From contig OZ024743.1 of the NCBI GenBank assembly GCA_964016885.1, positions 102,486,001 through 102,550,000 of the forward strand: DNA of 64,000 nucleotides, given 5' to 3'. Position numbers and translations under genes: made by a program. This document shows, piece after piece, positions 13,110-27,707 of this stretch. This DNA comes from Eledone cirrhosa. Its lineage: Eukaryota. The notes beneath the pieces are model-generated. The model did not search any database. It was not told where the DNA came from and saw nothing but the letters and a program-made list of their open reading frames with translations. How positions within the stretch are numbered: the stretch's first letter is position 1; the number at the start of each line of letters is the position of its first letter.

Positions 13110-14385
13110 GTGAATGTCAGCCACCATGCTGAGATCTTTGCAGCCACCGTCTCGGACGAGTGATCTATTCTCCTCCAGGTACAGGTACCCCTAAAGAGGA
13201 TGTCCTCATTCTCGGGTCACCGATCCCTCCGCCGGGTTCCGTTCCACTTCCACCATCAGGTCTTGGCACCAGCAGCCCAAGATACTCTTGAGTCGACTGG
13301 GCATGATTGACGCCCATACAGCTCTCTTCCTGTTGAGGAACTGCTTCGGCATGCCGAAGCTCCTTTATACTTTTCGTAGCGCTCCTTGCTACAGCCACGT
13401 ATCTCTCCTCGACACTTGTATCCGAGCGGAAGCTAAGGAGACATGGAACGTCAGGTTTGCCGACATTGGATGGCAACTGGACACCTTATCTGCCAGATAT
13501 GATGGCCTTGGCCTCCGGTCCTCGATCTCGCTGGCTTTGCCGGCGTTTCTTTCGTCCTCCTCAACAAAGTTCTCCTAAACACAATAGAACCCACAGTGAT
13601 CGAGGGACGTGAGGTGGACTGCGAGTCGTGGAACCGGCGTGGACTTAGCCCTTCTCCTTCTCCCGCTGTTGACGTCAAGGCCCCATAGATTATTTGGGAT
13701 GACATCCAGTGCAACCTGGCCTTAGACAGGCTAGCAGGATAGCCCGACCCGCATCCCTTTGCATGTTTTCCTCGTGACCCCACAGCAGTGCCTGGCTCCA
13801 TGCATTACCCTCCATCTCTACTGACACACAGCTGGACAATGACAGCCTGCGCATCGGGGTTTCCCTGAGGCATGGCCTCACGATTTGCGAACCACACAAA
13901 TGTCGCTGCGGATCCACCGTGGATTCCTTCGGCCTCTACCCGCTTTCCTATCACTACGAAGCCATTAAGCATTGCTTGGATGCTGCAGGCTTCTCCTCCC
14001 AGCTCGGATCGGAGGGCTGGACCGAGGCGACAGGAAAAGACCAGACAGCATGACCATCTTCCTGATCCGCGGTGGTAAACTCCTCGTCTGGGATGTCGCT
14101 TGCAGTGACACATTCTCCAGCGGCAACCTGGTGCAGTCTGCGACTAACTCAGGTTCTGCTGCACTTCGAGCGAAGGAGAGTAAACTCTCTCCGAGAGGTT
14201 TGCAATCGAGCCCCTAGCGTTGGAGACTTTTGGTGTCCTTGGCCGTAGATCTACCTCCCTATTTACCACCATAGGCACTGAGCTATTCAGCCGCAGTTTT
14301 GAGCCTCGCGAGATGGAATGGCTCTTCCAGCGCATCTCCTTTACCATCCTCCGGGGAAACGCCTTCTCCATTCTGTCTGCGGGGG
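13110..14385 (+). mobile_element. Decayed CRE/NeSL-type non-LTR retrotransposon, 3' part (restriction-like endonuclease)
   Basis: Peptides LFLLRNCFGMPKLLYTFRSAPC, GLGLRS, KRPDSMT..GKLLVWDVACSDT, ETFGVLG and LFQRISFTILRGNA fit the C-terminus of RLE-clade elements; GC-rich island with frameshifts. Confidence 0.8.
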
Positions 14386-14864
14386 CCGTAGGACAGCCAG
14401 TACGTGGTACCTCATTTGCTCATAATAGAGAGAGATTGGAGGTGGGCGGGGGGGATGGAGGCGATGACAGTGGGCGTTCGGCTCTTCAGTGTTCGGATCT
14501 GGTGTACAGCATCAGTTATCCGTAAGGAGACAGTGACTCTTATTTTGAACTGATCATTTTATTTAGTCTAAGATAAGTCAACATTCACACAGAGTTCCCG
14601 AATGTTATTCTTGTTGCAATAAGAAAGACAATGTATTAAATTTTCTTTCAATGCACTTTCCATCATAGTGGCTATATTGAAACCAAGGTAAAATGATGTT
14701 TTCGTTTATTGCAGACATAGATAACTCTCATTACAACATAGATACTTGTGTGTATTTGATAATGGGAAAAACTCAGGGAATAACACTATAGCTGCATCAG
14801 CTTTTTTCTAACACTTATCAATTGAAAAATGATGCCTATCTGTTGTATTATTGTATAAAACGAA

Positions 14865-15085
14865 ATCGGTGGAATGCCAGAATCATTAGGAAGCCGGTCA
14901 AAATGGGTTGCGGTATTTTGTCCGACTCTTTCCTTCTGATTTCAAATTTCCTTGAGCTCAACTCAACCTTTCATCTTTTCCGGTCAATAAAATAAAGTAT
15001 CAACTAAGCACTGGGGACGACGTAATCAGCTTACACTACGCAGCTTCTAAGTTGCTGGTCTTGTGCCTAAATTAGAAATCAAGGT
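14865..15085 (+). mobile_element. Decayed SINE (family-A related)
   Basis: ctgatttcaaat...ctttcatcttttccggtcaataaaataaagta...ggtcttgtgcctaaattagaaa. Confidence 0.65.
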
Positions 15086-17362
15086 TTTATGAAACAATCA
15101 TCATTGAATATCCTTTACTGAAACATATGCTCTCACACAAGTATGGTTCCCTTCCTCACTAAAGCATTATTTATGACACTTTTACCGAGATATTGAGCAA
15201 TGAATTGCCTTAATAAAATGTTCATTTGACATATATAGGTGTGCGCTAATTCAGTTTAAAAATCTCAGCATTTAAGATACAACGTAATTTATTAATATTA
15301 AGGTAGCTTCAAACAATATATTACGTTAGTATTTATACAAGAGGTATGATGTTACTCCTGCACTAACACATACTCAATTATAAATTGAATGTTGACCTAG
15401 GCTGCTCTATGAATCGATCTTCAATGATACAATTCCTCACGCTCGCAAAGTGTACAGATAGCAAAGTATTCTTTACTAGATGTAGCTTCTAAATATGAAT
15501 GAATTCAGAGCTGAATGCAATATTATCTCGACTATACGAGCATCAATAGGAAAGATTTATGAGCTTATAGCTTCCTAAATGGGCGTGTATTGAAATTAAT
15601 TAGCAGTCGCTTTCATATTCAAGAAGATCGGATAATAATTTTCTCCATAACGACAGTCACTATATCAAAGACTTTTATTGTGTGATGTTCAAACTATATG
15701 TTACAAGCTTGCTTATTATCAGCATCAATGGGCAGTCGAAAAGGTCCTGATACACATGACATACAGAGACTTAGCTACAATCATATATATGAAATATATT
15801 ACAATAATATTATCAACCATCCGTTACCAAACTAAAAAAAGGCTAGTAATATAAAAATGAAAGTCGGCCTGAATGATTTCTTTTTACAGATGCTATCAAC
15901 CGATTGTATTAAAACCATTATTGGTTTAACAGAAAGGAGAGTATAAACTAAAATATCGGTGTCATTTATTCATGCAATAAAAAATGGCGTGTATTCCAAT
16001 CTATCATGTTTAGATACAAATTCACTTTCAGATTCTTTTGAGAATTTTACTTATAGTAGAATAATTTCAGTGTTTCCTTCGTGTGCGTTATTGTGATGGA
16101 CGCGGGGGAAGTACAATGCATAATGTGAAATTAAATCCATTACAGTTGGGAAGTAACTAACACTCATTTCAACTATTATATTCTATTACAAATGTAATAT
16201 TTTAAAATTGAGGAAAAATAAGTTTTTTTATTGTAGTATGGCAAAGCAAGTTAGTCAAATTTTCTAGTCAAATGAACACTGCTGGGTATCGATGTTACAA
16301 GTGTAAAGGAACAGAAAGGTCACAGTATGCATTAAATCTCCATCGCAGGTTCGATCTGATAGAAGTTTAATACAACTGAATAGTGATTATTGTTTAGTTA
16401 GTCTTAAGGTGCAAAATTGGAAGTGTCGTTAGTGTCTCGGAGAAAGTGCTTAGCGGTATTTGGTTACGAGTTTCTACGTTCTAATTTCAAGTACCGTTGA
16501 GGTAAATTTTTGCTTTTCATTTGTCCATGGTCAATATAATACAGTACCAGTTGAATACCAGTTGATGTGATGTGCTTTTCTCGTTCCTCTAATTGTTTGG
16601 CCAATATTTGGGCATAGTGAAGTCTTTTGAAAGTAAGTTATTTCAGTCGGAACAACCGTTCAGTTAAAGGCAGTGGAATATTTGCTCACCTTGTGCTAAT
16701 GTTAGAAAGAAGTAGTTATTTATTAATGGAGTAAATTATCATCTCCCGATAACACTAAGTATGTGACAATCCTTTATGCGATGAAGTTCACCCACGAACA
16801 AAAAATGTTCAAAAGAGCCACAGCTAGTATATGATTTTCTCGCATAATCATTATCTATAAAAGGCAGATTGTTGTTGTTGTTGTTGTGTGTGTGTGTGAA
16901 TATTCCATGTTTATACATTTGCACAATTTCAAACCGATTTGACACGCAGTCTGTAAGAATGTTGTAAATGATCTAACTAAGTTCAACGACTATTTATTTA
17001 TTTCAAACTCACCCACAATTACGGGAATAATCGATAAAACTAAATACATTACGCTTTACAATCTGATTTCCTCTCTCTACTCCCCTTAAAATTTGATAAA
17101 ACTACATACATGGTGCAACTTCCTCTTATATACGCTGAAACTTACAAACTTCCTTTGGGAACGCCGAAGAAAGAAGAGAGAGAGAGAACGTTTGTTTTTG
17201 AGTGTGGAACGGTCAAACATTTATTTACTTCAATGACAACAATTATTCAAAAGCAACAGATAAATTTATTCAACAACAAAAAAAATAGCGATAAATCTTT
17301 TTTAAAACATCTCTCAACGAACGTGGAAGAAAGAAGTATCAGTTTATTTACTATACACAATA

Positions 17363-17548
17363 ATATCCTCTATGAGGTCACTAAACCTGCTAGAAACTGC
17401 AGCAAACTCTCCCCCATATCACACCCCTCCCTACTGTCTTAAATTTAGAAAACACATATCCTCTATGAGGTCACTAAACCTGCTAAAAACAGCAGCTAAC
17501 TCTCCCCCATATTACACTCCTCCCTACTGTCTTAAATTTAGAAAACAC
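17363..17548. repeat. Tandem duplication, 2 x 93 bp
   Basis: atatcctctatgaggtcactaaacctgcta...ctgtcttaaatttagaaaacac starts at 17363 and again at 17456. Confidence 0.92.
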
Positions 17549-17559
17549 AGATTAGACAA

Positions 17560-17845
17560 CCATGCATAACAACTCCATCGCAGCTCTGTTGTTCGGCTGA
17601 CATCGTCTACGCGCTTGTTGCGCAAGCACTGTAAAACAATAAATTTCAAGACTTCTTTGCACAGAGATAATATTTATAGGCAAAACTACAATTGTCACTG
17701 CTGGCGCAGCTCCTGCTTCGGCAGTCCAGGTCTTCAATTCATTCACCCAGTGCCTGGCAGACAAAAAAGTGCTGCCATAAAATGGGTGGTGCAACCTAAC
17801 TTTGGTACCTTACTGACCCCGAGCAATGCCGGGCTTTAATGCTAG
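17560..17845 (+). mobile_element. Helitron 3' end (5' boundary uncertain)
   Basis: Hairpin cccgagcaatgccggg followed by CTAG|T at 17842-17845; the same arrangement occurs at 59076-59103. Confidence 0.6.
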
Positions 17846-19019
17846 TTATATTATAATTGTAGATCGCTTTTTTACCTATCTCTAATTATTTGTTTTATTG
17901 TATACTGTATATGTCAGGCCGCTCTCGAAGTACACTCTGTCGCATGGTTGGATCTTCGGTGACTATACCGGTAACCCCACCAAACACGCTTGATGAGGAG
18001 GGTGATTTTTTTTATATCTCATCTGATAGAAACAAAACCTGACAAAGTGTGGCAGAACTCAGTAGAGTCAACGGCCAAAAAGCAATTGAAACTATAGATT
18101 TTTAATATACGACAATATTCAAAATTAGACGAAATATTTGAATTGATGGATAGTCATGAAAGTCACATCGATCGGCTTAGATAAATGTAAAAGGAGTAAT
18201 TAATTATAAAGTTATTAAATATTTCCATTTACTATTTAATTACATGGTACAATTCCTAGAAGAAAAATAACTCATTTGTAACGTAAAAATTAAAATTCGA
18301 TCACGCTCAATTTTAAATATTAATATTCATTGCATGTTCAATTAATAGCATTTAAATAAATTAAATATTTCTTTGACTATCAGATTATTAATAAACAAGG
18401 ATATAGGAAGGGCTTGGCAAATCAAGCGTTAATTAAGTAATTTTTTTTTTAGAAAATGGCCTTTCGAATATAGTTGGTATTGGAAAATGTATTACGCTCC
18501 AACAACTATTAAGAAAAATATACATCATGATTAGCGAAGGATTGTGTAGATGGGAGCTAGGTAGGACATTATTTCTAATACATTTCATTCCCATTGTGTC
18601 TCGTTGAATCTTCCTGCAGTTTAGGTTAACGACGCACATGTCTGTCGAATTGTCTGACACCTGCACATCAATGGAAGGAGGAAGCTGTATCGTTGTTTGA
18701 ACAACTAGAACGTTCATCGTCGAAATCGGTGGCAGTTTCATTTAATTCACGAACATCGAAAATCGTTTGATATCCAACAACCATGCAATTCATCAAAGAA
18801 TTACATAAGTCGACACACCGTCAATGTAGATAAAACATAAACAAAAATCATACACACATACGCATGTATACACACACAAACATAAACACATACACGCACA
18901 CTAATACACACACACAGGATGTTTATATCTATATTTTTAGTTATTTTTATCCTTACTTTTTACTACAACACTTAAAACATTGTAACTGGTGAAATATTAG
19001 ATGAGGAATTTACGCACAT

Positions 19020-19140
19020 GCGGCGGCGAATTGGCAGAGGCATTAGAACGTCGGATAGAAAGATTTGTGGCATTCGACCCAGTTCTCTGTTCCCTGAGTT
19101 CAAATCCCGTCGAGGTCAACTTTGCTTTTCATCCTTTCGA
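19020..19140 (+). mobile_element. SINE 5' half, truncated by an RTE fragment
   Basis: gcggcgaattggcagagg...ctgagttcaaatcccgtcgaggtcaactttgcttttcatcc. Confidence 0.75.
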
Positions 19141-19890
19141 GTAACGATACACCAAAGACCCTTCATGTAAATAATGAACAGGATAGGTGACATTACGCAC
19201 CCTTGGTGGAGTTGACTCCCACATTGAATGGTTTCGATTTAGTACCATTTATCGAAACACAAATACTTGGGCATTCGTATAGAGACATCAGGACAATAAG
19301 GAGCTGCCCATCGATCCAATACTCATGCGGAAGCTTCCACAGCAGTTCCCTAGGCACGCGGTCATATGCCTTTTAAAGGTCGACAAAACAAGAATATACA
19401 TATTGGCAATACTTCCATAAATTCTCGTAGACCTGCCGCAGTGTGAATATTTGGTCGGCTGTGCTGCGTCCGGGACGAATACCGCACTGTTCATCGGTTA
19501 GCGTGGACTCTACAATCTCCCTGCATCTCTTTGCCAGACACTTAGCATATACTTTACCGGGGAGGCTTAAAAAAGGAGATCCCTCTGTAATTGGAACAAT
19601 CTCTCTTGTCTTCTTTTTTGAAAAATGGGATTTCCAGAGATCCAGGCCACCAGGCACGCACGAGTCGACCAGAGAATACTTTCTATATAAGGCTTTTAAC
19701 ATCTCGGACCGGATTTTATCTTCCTCAGCTGCTTTGCCACATTTGAGCTCTTTAACTGCTCTTGTAACCTCAGCCTCTGTGAGATTAGTCACCGTTCCCG
19801 GATGCACCTCATTTACATCAGAAGATGGTGTTGTCATCGAGCTTAGGAGATCAGCACATATTCTCTAAACCTCACGAGGACGCACCTTTC
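19141..19890 (-). mobile_element. RTE-clade LINE reverse-transcriptase fragment
   Basis: ORF 19373-19837: KELKCGKAAEED...SLPGKVYAK...QCGIRPGRSTADQIFTLRQ...FVDL; a decayed GV.QGC.SP motif follows. Confidence 0.88.
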
Positions 19891-20489
19891 TGAATATATA
19901 TATTTAATTATATAATAAACAATTATTTATTATATAATTAAATAGCTCTGTATTATACATAGAGCACTCTTCTTTCCTTTACCTTTTCTACATAAATACA
20001 TAATACACACACACACACACACATACATATATATATATGAACGAATTCATCAGATAGGACTGATATACCTTCGATCGCTTTGCTATTCACTCAGTACTTT
20101 AATTGAGCCAGTATCATTAAGAAATCAGCCAAAAGGAGATGAGAGGGCACACTGATACATTAATAGTGAGAAAAACAATTTTGTGTGAGTAGAGAATGTG
20201 ACATTCTGACCCCGGGCTAATGCATTAGTTTCTGCTATTCGCTCTGCTGGTGACAGTCCATTTGGAACTGGCTTACACAGAAATTAGGTAATGATATTAA
20301 GCATTACGTTATTGGCTACCAGCAGCTTCATCAGCGTGGACTTAGCTTCTTCGGAACAGGTCAGCCACGAGCCTACTGTCTTCGTGCGATTTGCCATTAC
20401 AGTAGTAAGCTCCACGTTCAGTCTCACGTGACAGTGAAGGCGGGGGGTTAGCAAGTACTGTCTATTTTTAAAGAACACATTGGCACGTG

Positions 20490-20645
20490 GTCCAGAAAAA
20501 GTAAAATATTTCTTAGCCTATTGCACTTCAAGAAATATAAGTAACGCATGTGTAAAGTTTGAAAAACATCGGGTGGGTATTTCTCGAGTTTTAGGGATTT
20601 ACACAGACAGGCAGACAGGCATTCTCTGTTTTATATATGTAGAGA
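20490..20645 (-). mobile_element. Non-autonomous Helitron 5' part (same family as 58.1-59.1 kb)
   Basis: Minus strand starts A|TCTCTACATATATAAAAC...ctgtctg...ccctaaaactcgagaa...tttttcaaactttaca, matching 58500-58575. Confidence 0.65.
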
Positions 20646-21067
20646 TATAGGGAGGCATGCATCTAACGAGAGAGAGAGTTGGATATATATGGCTATATAG
20701 ACTGATGGAAGGTCCACATAAACGCGGGCACTCATATATACTTATCATAGAGATCTTAAATTAGAAGCATCACCAATAATATGCTGAAGTACCTGGCTAC
20801 TTTTATTTAATGCATTAGTGTGTACTTCATTCATATCATCGGGAACATGTTTCCCTAAATAGAAGCTTTTTGACCGCTTATCTTATATTGTTAAAGAAAG
20901 AAGAAACATACTTAGCTGTTACCATCCGATGTTTGGATTATGTCGGAGATTATTGAAACTTTAAGATTGTTGTCTTTTAGCGTACAACCTTGAATTTAAC
21001 TTGACTATAATCGAAAATCATAGTTACGCTATTTAATTATACAAATGTATGCTCGAACATGTCATAA

Positions 21068-21255
21068 TGGTGGATTGGTAGTATCGGTAGAGGGTCGGAC
21101 GCCATGCTTTACAGCATAGTTACGTCCCTTTACGATCTGAGTTCAAATCCCGCCGAGGTTGACTTTGCCTTTCATCCTTACGGGGTCGATAAAATAAAGT
21201 ACCAGTAATGCACTGGGTAATTGCTGGCCTTGTGCCTAAAGTAGAAGCAATTATT
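21068..21255 (+). mobile_element. SINE family A, full length
   Basis: Full consensus from ggtggattgg to gcaattatt. Confidence 0.9.
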
Positions 21256-23399
21256 TATATTAAATTATATTTCCAACGTTGGGAGGCTCATACTCTCAAA
21301 CATACGCACTAGATTTATTATTAGTTATATTTCCACAATTATATCATAATAGTACGATATTTTGAGATCTTTTAAGATTGGATCATTATTTTCTTTTAAA
21401 TCAGTGATCTCCATTTACATTCATAATCGCTCTTGGGTAACTTTGGTTTTCATCCTTCTAAATGCCCAGTCAATTTATCCGACTACTTACCGTCACAAAA
21501 ATGTTTGTATTTATATTACAAATTATTACAAATTATTATTTTCTTGAATAACGTTCTGATACCATATTTACATCAGTCGACTCTGGCATCCCGCCTTGAA
21601 TTGAATAAATAAATAATATGGATGGGTTTTTATTTCATCAACTATACTCATCTAAGATCTATAGCCTTTTCTCTGAGTTCTAAATCAGTATAATAATTAT
21701 GTTTGTCAATAACCGTTCAAAATTACATATATATGTACATGTAAATTAGTATTGACTCATGACAAACGTTTCAATTTTTCACTCCCTCAATGATTTTGAA
21801 GGAAAAATTGGGAAAATATATTTGTTTTTCTTAGGTGTATATGATTAATACATAAAGAAATATGATACTTATTTTAAGGTTAACTGTCTGTTCATAAAAT
21901 GACCGTTGCGAATTCACGTTACAGTACGAATCCAAAACATAAAAACACATATATCCGCTCAATAAAGTTTTATAAATATTTTTCAAATATGGTTCACTTA
22001 ATAATTGTCAATAAATACATTTAATCAAATAAGCAGTCACCTTGTCTGATCTATTATAGTCAACACTAAAAGAAAGGAAATTTGTATTAGTCTTTTGTAA
22101 CACTAACATAAAATTATAACGAAGCACATATGCAGGATTACAATTTACTTTCAAGGCTCGATCTATCATATACTATATGGGGTAAATAGATTATGATGTA
22201 GCATTCTGTTGCTGTTTAATCGCAGGTTATATTTTCTCGAGCAATCTTATTGTTAAAGATGTTACAGGCATTTATTTGCTTTACGAATAGAATTGCATGT
22301 TCAGTTCTTTTTCGATACAATATAGTGTTATTAGAGGATTTGACTGCTATCTATAGTAGATTGCGCGACTACATAAAATCACCTTTGTTATGTCATTGAT
22401 TTATTTCATCTCAGATTCTGGAACAAAGAAATAATAATTGTCAGGTACAAAATCCGCCCGGATCTAATGTGTCCACGCCCCCCTCCACCATGGGCAACTT
22501 GACATTTAAGATAAATTATTGCAAATGAAATATATTTTCTCGATTAAAATTTAATCTATGTAAAATATCTGGTTGATTTGAAAATCAAATATCTAATAAT
22601 TAGACATGTATTAGATAACTAAATTATGAATAATATTATTGATGATGACTTTCTTGAATAAATTCTGCCTTCTTTGATAATCATGGTTATATAACTTTCA
22701 TTATAATGCTTTGTTATTACAATAATTATTTAATTACTTAAGAATAAATTATCTGCTAATTTCCTTCATATTTATTATCCGTTTTAAAGTAGTACGCAGA
22801 TAAAGAAAATAAGATCTACAAAATACATTTCCATATTTGAGTATTTTATTTTAACTTAATTAGTCTTAGATAAAGTGGAAGGCCCGAATTACGTGTTCCA
22901 TTTATCTTTGAAGTGCAAATGAATAATTTGAATTACTGGTATTATGATATTATTAATGAATGTTTTGTTCATGTAATGGCATACTTAATGAATCTTGTAC
23001 GCTTCTCAGACTTTACAAACATGGTTGCCTTTATTTTAGTCAAAACACGATCAATGTTAACCAGGAGGCTTTTCCGCAAGTCTTCTCATAAATATCTTCC
23101 CTCTTCGTGTTACATTGACTTCTTAATAGCTTTTGCAACATTTATAGAAGAAGAATAAATGAAAATATTTTTATTATTTGTGAGAATGAAAAGAGGAAAT
23201 AAAATTCAATTTACAGATTAAATTACAATTCAAGTTGTATTGAATTTTCCTGAGGAGAATAATATTATAAAACCTTTGTACTGCGTATGCTGAAAATTAC
23301 GTATAAAAGTATACCCCACCCACACAAAAAACAAACAAAGAGTTTTTTATACAGGCACACCAATCTCTTTATGTATAGGGTTCGAGCGATTGAATCAAT

Positions 23400-23702
23400 A
23401 CTAATTGCCGTTGAATCTCAGTCGTTTCCGACGAGGAGTGATCTGGTTGATTCAAGCCACGTCAAATCAAAGTTTACGTTGATCAAAATTCGACAGACAC
23501 ATGCACACTTAGCATATTTCTCCGGAAAATTCGGCGTGACACAGTGTCTAACAATTAAAGGTACAAATAATGTTTTCCAGCTGACTGGAGCAACATGAAA
23601 TAAAGTATCTTACCCTAAGACATACAGCCTCGTTCAGGAACCGAATCTATAACCTTACTACCATGAGTTGGACAACTTAACCAGTAAGCCACACGCCTTC
23701 AC
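23400..23702 (-). mobile_element. Decayed SINE of a second tRNA-headed family
   Basis: Minus-strand head gtgaaggcgtgtggcttactggttaag with A- and B-box-like spacing; a similar piece lies at 41150-41370. Confidence 0.45.
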
Positions 23703-23844
23703 CACCAATAATAAATAATACATGACTGTCAAAATATTTGCATTAGATGTACAAATGGTGTAATAAATCGAAGTGGGATTTGAACAGAGAAATAGGTAAC
23801 TCGAGTATTTAGTAAAACGTTATATGATTTCAAGCAAATTTGAC

Positions 23845-24315
23845 ATTCTGAGTTCAAATCCCGCCGAGGTTAACTTTGCCATTCATCCTTACGGGGTCAA
23901 TAAAATAAAGTACTAATAATACACTGGGGTAATAGCCGGCCTTGTGCCAAAAGTAGAAACAATTAATATTAGTGGATTCTATCGACTATAACTATGCTCA
24001 AAACGTAAGGTCTTGTGTCTATGTTAGGAATCTATACTGAACAGTGGGATGGGGAAAATGTTATAGCACCGGATTAAATGTCTTCCAATAATTAGAAGAC
24101 TGTAGACAGAATCGTTACGGCGTGCAACAAAATGCTTTGCAGCATTTAGTTACAGCCATTTATGTTCTGAGTTCAAATACAACAGAGTCTAACTTTTCCT
24201 TTCATCATTCAGAGGTCGATAAAATAAACCACTAGTCATGCAATTGGTCATTTCAATCAAGGTTCCTTTCCTCTTAAACTGTTGGTCTTGTGCCTGAACT
24301 AGAAATCAATATTTA
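23845..24315 (+). mobile_element. Cluster of SINE family A copies (23845-23975 young, 24095-24315 older)
   Basis: Core and tail motifs present twice. Confidence 0.8.
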
Positions 24316-24819
24316 GAAGTCTGAATCATTTACTGGAGTCGATAAAGCCTACACTAATTATTTAATATGATATTATATCATTACACCATTGAAATATCGA
24401 TATTAATGGATAGATTACAGGGCAGCATATTGGTATACTCGATATATCCCTTTACGTTTTAAGTTTATTTCTTGCTGTGATAATATCTTGCGTTTAAGCT
24501 AAATTTCTAGATGTCATCTCTCTACCTTATACTTTCCCTGGAAGTAATGGATTGTCTTCAGACATGAAGAGAGAGGGTGGGGAAACCAGATGCAAATGCT
24601 CACGATATGTCTAATATGTAAACCACACACCTACAAATCAATTAGAAGTTACTGGGAATTTTGGAAACGATAGACATTACAGCATTGCACATATTATCAC
24701 TCACATTCCTTATTTTAATGAGTAGGTATGGTGATAGGTTTTGTACTACAACTATTAAATTATTTTACTGAATGATGACTACATAAGATATATCTGGGTC
24801 ATTGAACAAACGAGTAAGT

Positions 24820-24992
24820 AATAGTTTCTACCTTTGGCACAATGCCAGCAATTATCAGTGCATTACTGGTACTTTATTGTATCGACCCCGTAAGGAAGAA
24901 AGGCAAAGTTAACCTCGACGGGATTTGAACTCAGACCGTAAAGGGACGTAACTATGCTGGAAAGCATGGCGTCCGATACTGCCAATTCACCA
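24820..24992 (-). mobile_element. SINE family A
   Basis: Reverse-complement consensus. Confidence 0.88.
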
Positions 24993-25149
24993 ACGGGTTT
25001 ATAATTCTGGAGCTGCTATTCAGTTTGCAGAAGATATGGGCTGCGAGTACTAACTGTCAAACAACATCAGTTAGAAGAAAGACTTATTCATTTGTTAACT
25101 GCATTGTTCTTAAAACCGAATAGAATATTTATATTTCCTAATAGAGCCA

Positions 25150-25446
25150 TCATTTTCCCGTATCGAGAGATCACAGCTCAGATACGACGAGCATGTGGTT
25201 AGAATGTCTCAGGAAAGATTTTTACCGACAAAACCAACTGACAAGCGACCCAAGGGTATATCATAGGAAAGGTGGTTGGATAACATCAATGAGCTTGAAT
25301 CGTCTAGCTTGGGGATCCAGCCGAATCAATGGGAGACGGTTGCTTATGAAAGGACCCGCTAGAAGGAGTGCTTGATGATTCTGCCATCACAAACCTCAAA
25401 GGAAAATCTGGTAGAAGAAGAAGAAGAAGAAGAAGAAGAAGAAGAA
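25150..25446 (+). mobile_element. RTE LINE 3' end with (GAA)n tail
   Basis: Decayed KRPKG...RERWLDNI-like coding end followed by (gaa)n at 25413-25446. Confidence 0.6.
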
Positions 25447-26101
25447 GGTTTAAACTGTTATTTTTTTCTCTACCAGTTAGTTGATTATTCCTTCTTCAAA
25501 GTGATAGAATAAAAATAAAATATGAGGTGAAACTGATAGGTTAAACCATTTTATTTGATACAATTATGCTACACCATTGTATTTGATAAAATTGGCCTTG
25601 TATATGAGAAAAAAATCAATATGAAATTGCTTTCTCTAAACAGTATCAGTTAGAAACTAATATTGTGTGTACTAAGCGAGCTATGTTAAACAGGTGTAGC
25701 ATTACTAGATAAGCTTCCATAATATATATATACATACATAAGCTATATATTCTCATGCATATTATTTAAAGCCGTCTATTTATAAAAAGGAAAAGAGAAA
25801 TCCTGGTGTTCAGTTTTGTTTTTTTCACTTTTGTATAAAGTTACGTGAATACACAAACTGGAGCAATTATTCCAATCGTCAGAAACGCATCAATGACCGT
25901 TGATGTATTAAGTAATTAATATATCGCATGTATGAACTCATTATTAATACATGTAAGCAATTACGAAATAATATATATAGTTTGTATTGTTTAAGACAAA
26001 TGTCTTTCAAAGATCTTGTAATTTATTATTTTCTGTATACTTACGATGCATCGTGGCTCAAAATGTAATTAATTATCAAATATAATTGAAGTTTTCTTTT
26101 A

Positions 26102-26520
26102 AATAATTGTTTCTACTTTAGGCACAAGGCCAGCAATCACCCAGTACATTACTGGTACTTTATTTTATCGACCCCGTAAGGATGAAAGGCAAAGTCAACC
26201 TCGGCGGGATTTGAAATCAGATCGTAAAGGGACGTAACTATGCTGTAAAGCATGGCGTCCGACCCTCTACCGATACTGCCAATCCACCACTTATCTTTTA
26301 AATAATGGTTTCTTATATAGGCACAAGGCCAGTAATTTGGGGGGAGGGGAAAGTCGATGAAATCGATCCCAGTGCGTGACTGGTACTTTATTTTATCGAC
26401 CCCATAAGGATGAAAGGCAAAGTTAACCTCGGCGGGATTTGAGCTCAGATCATAAAGAGCCGTAACTCTATGCTGCAAAGCATGGCGTCCGACCCTCTAC
26501 CGATACTGCCAATCCACCAC
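26102..26520 (-). mobile_element. Two tandem SINE family A copies (short and long variants)
   Basis: Copies at 26102-26290 and 26300-26520; the junction motif tcttttaaa(t/c)aat recurs near 26095, 26294 and 26524. Confidence 0.9.
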
Positions 26521-27594
26521 TTATCTTTTAAACAATGATCTAAAATCATGTTTAAATACAGACTAATGCTATATATCAATCTAAATAAATTGGAATATTA
26601 TTGCCTAGTCTATAATATGTCGTTTTGTTCATTTAATAGCTTAGGGAAGAGAAATCTGGATTGGAAGTAGGAGCTTGCGTGAAATAGACACCAAAACCGA
26701 AGAGCTTTCGGTATAGAATATGATTCAACTTAATCTATGGCGGTTTGGTTTGATTAGATTGAAAAAACAAATTTAGTTTTCTAAAATAAAAAAAGGCTTA
26801 TTTAAGTATTAGGACAAGTGATGGTATGGTTGAATATCCTTTTCGTGTCTTTTCTGGTTCGATATCAAACTGAGGAATACATTGCCTTTCCTTTTTCTGT
26901 GGCTGTCAGATAATGCAGTGAATTTAGTCAATAATTACATTCATAAATGTTGTGGCATGGTAATGTGTCCTATTAAAAATCAGTATATATTATTATGGTC
27001 GTATTGCTTCCATTCCCTACGCGTTGAATGGGAAGGGGGAATGAGCTTGCTTTAGTTCAGAATTGTAGAAAATACACGTTATAACATCTACTTGTTTCAT
27101 ATTTTTTAAACAGCCAATAATAGTATAACTTATGAAGAAGTGACAGTTTACATTATATACATAGAACATAAGCTATACAATAAAAATAACATACAGGATA
27201 TGAAATATGATTGTGTCTAGAATATATAAATATCAGCCATACGACGAGTCTATTGAGCTATAATTTGCTGCAATAAATTTTATCTCTAAAAGAATTCTTT
27301 ATAAATAGGTCTGGCAAGAGTAGAACAATAGCCTTAGAAAATTATGGAAATATGATTGTCGTTTAGGCACTTTTTCTTCTTTCAAGTATTTGCAGAGAAT
27401 TATTGATGGAGTTGATAACAAAATTTCGTCAGCTTTAATATTGCTTGAAACTATTTAGCTAAACTATAATGTCATATATATATATATACTTCCTTTTCGT
27501 ATTGGTTTTGTATGATTCCTGATGTAAAATACTGTGTTGAAACATTGGTGTATTTGGGAGCGAGATGCTGCCTAAGTACAATAGTATATAAAGA

Positions 27595-27707
<113 letters not shown>

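Noticed and set aside
17984-18050. HHR-like acacgc-TTGATGA...GAAA-caaaacctgac-aaagtgt
   Set aside because: U3 without A8, no NUH triplet and a poor stem I; at most a decayed relic.
21068-21160. tRNA gene
   Set aside because: A- and B-box-like head of a SINE; no complete cloverleaf.
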